Shown here: positions 63,270-64,000 of the stretch, piece by piece
Layout: the number at the start of each line of letters is the position of its first letter
Position numbering within the stretch: position 1 is the first letter of the stretch
DNA from: a candidate division WOR-3 bacterium
GTDB lineage: Bacteria > Hydrothermota > Hydrothermia > LBFQ01
DNA: 64,000 nucleotides
Assembly (NCBI GenBank): GCA_039802605.1
Contig: JBDRWW010000003.1
Coordinates: 32,001-96,000 of the forward strand
Direction of reading: 5' to 3'
Program-made: the position numbers and the translations under genes
The notes under the pieces: generated by a model
The model's database searches: none
Told to the model about the DNA's origin: nothing
The model's input: only the letters and a program-made list of their open reading frames with translations

Positions 63270-63999
63270 TTTCGCAAAACCTTTTTATAAAATCCTCAAA
63301 CTTTAACAGTGCTTGGAGTACATCCCCGCTTACCAAAAACCTGTTATCCTTTGGCAGCGACCTTTTTAAAGAAACCTCGCCATCACCCGCAAGTAAAAAC
63401 ACCCAGAAACCTCCGGGATATGTGGGCGTAAACGACGCGTAAAGTTTAACATTCTTAAAGTTTTGCCGTACAATGTTGTATGTTTGCGTTATTTGGTCCT
63501 TATAGAACAGGGGATTTCCCAACTGCATACTCAAAAATCCCCATTCATTTAAAGATTCCCTTAATCCCTCAATAAATTCCCTGCTAAAAAGAACCTCGGC
63601 GGGGCCAACCGGATCCGTTGAATCCACCAGTATAACATCGTATTTGTTCCCCTCTTTGACAACCTTAAACCCATCCTCAACCCTTATGAATACCCTTTCG
63701 TCCGCAAAAGTTCCTTCCATATTAAGAAAATCCTTTGCCAATCTCAAAACCTCCACATCGATTTCCGCAATTATAACCTTCTTTACACCGTATTTTAAAA
63801 CCTCCCTTAAAGTGCCACCATCCCCACCCCCGACGATCAAAACCTCGTTTATATCCCCTGATATTACCATAGGGGGATGAGTTAAAGCCTCGTGATAAAA
63901 GAACTCATCCCTATCCGTACTCATAACCAAGCCATCCAATACGAAAACCTTGCCCCAAAACTCGTTTTCAAACAAAAGGATATCCTGGTAATCGCTTTT
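63262..63999 (-). CDS. speE: Polyamine aminopropyltransferase (spermidine synthase), 5'-truncated by window edge
   Basis: KSDYQDI, LDG, DEFFYHE, GGGDGG, DSTDP, PTYPGG. Confidence 0.93.
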   Translation of the reverse strand, partial: KSDYQDILLFENEFWGKVFVLDGLVMSTDRDEFFYHEALTHPPMVISGDINEVLIVGGGDGGTLREVLKYGVKKVIIAEIDVEVLRLAKDFLNMEGTFADERVFIRVEDGFKVVKEGNKYDVILVDSTDPVGPAEVLFSREFIEGLRESLNEWGFLSMQLGNPLFYKDQITQTYNIVRQNFKNVKLYASFTPTYPGGFWVFLLAGDGEVSLKRSLPKDNRFLVSGDVLQALLKFEDFIKRFCEIA

Positions 64000-64000
64000 T

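Overview
Gene-dense 64 kb chromosomal segment from a diderm (lpxB, bamA, TonB system) bacterium. It is probably thermophilic (very GC-rich 16S in an AT-rich genome) and FCB-affiliated; the 16S tail GGAACACCTCCTTT and T9SS-type C-terminal domains would fit WOR-3/EM3-like lineages, but this is inference. It holds about 65 CDSs, mostly housekeeping (glyS, hutH, the rpmJ-rplQ alpha cluster, etfBA, valS, rplE, lpxB, trmFO, khtTU, galT, gcvH/PA, tldD, cstA, guaB, glyA, rdgB, bamA, nuoH, acpS, comEA, speE), plus tRNA-Leu(CAA), tRNA-Val(GAC) and an unlinked 16S rRNA gene. No mobile elements or CRISPR arrays were seen. Most unusual: (1) an operon joining a PorV-like barrel, three FlgD/T9SS-CTD-like Ig domains, a large TPR protein, ExbB, two ExbD (one without the proton-carrying Asp), TonB and an OmpA-like protein, a candidate Ton-powered T9SS-like export machine, with two CTD-bearing cargo proteins in the window; (2) many exported proteins, including BamA, start with ultra-short uncharged 6-10 residue hydrophobic leaders instead of classical signal peptides; (3) a TA(A/G/T)AAT -10 box 7-10 nt before more than 20 start codons with no SD (near-leaderless transcripts), together with fragmented operons; (4) both tRNAs abut a downstream CDS within 1-2 nt, as in tRNA punctuation.
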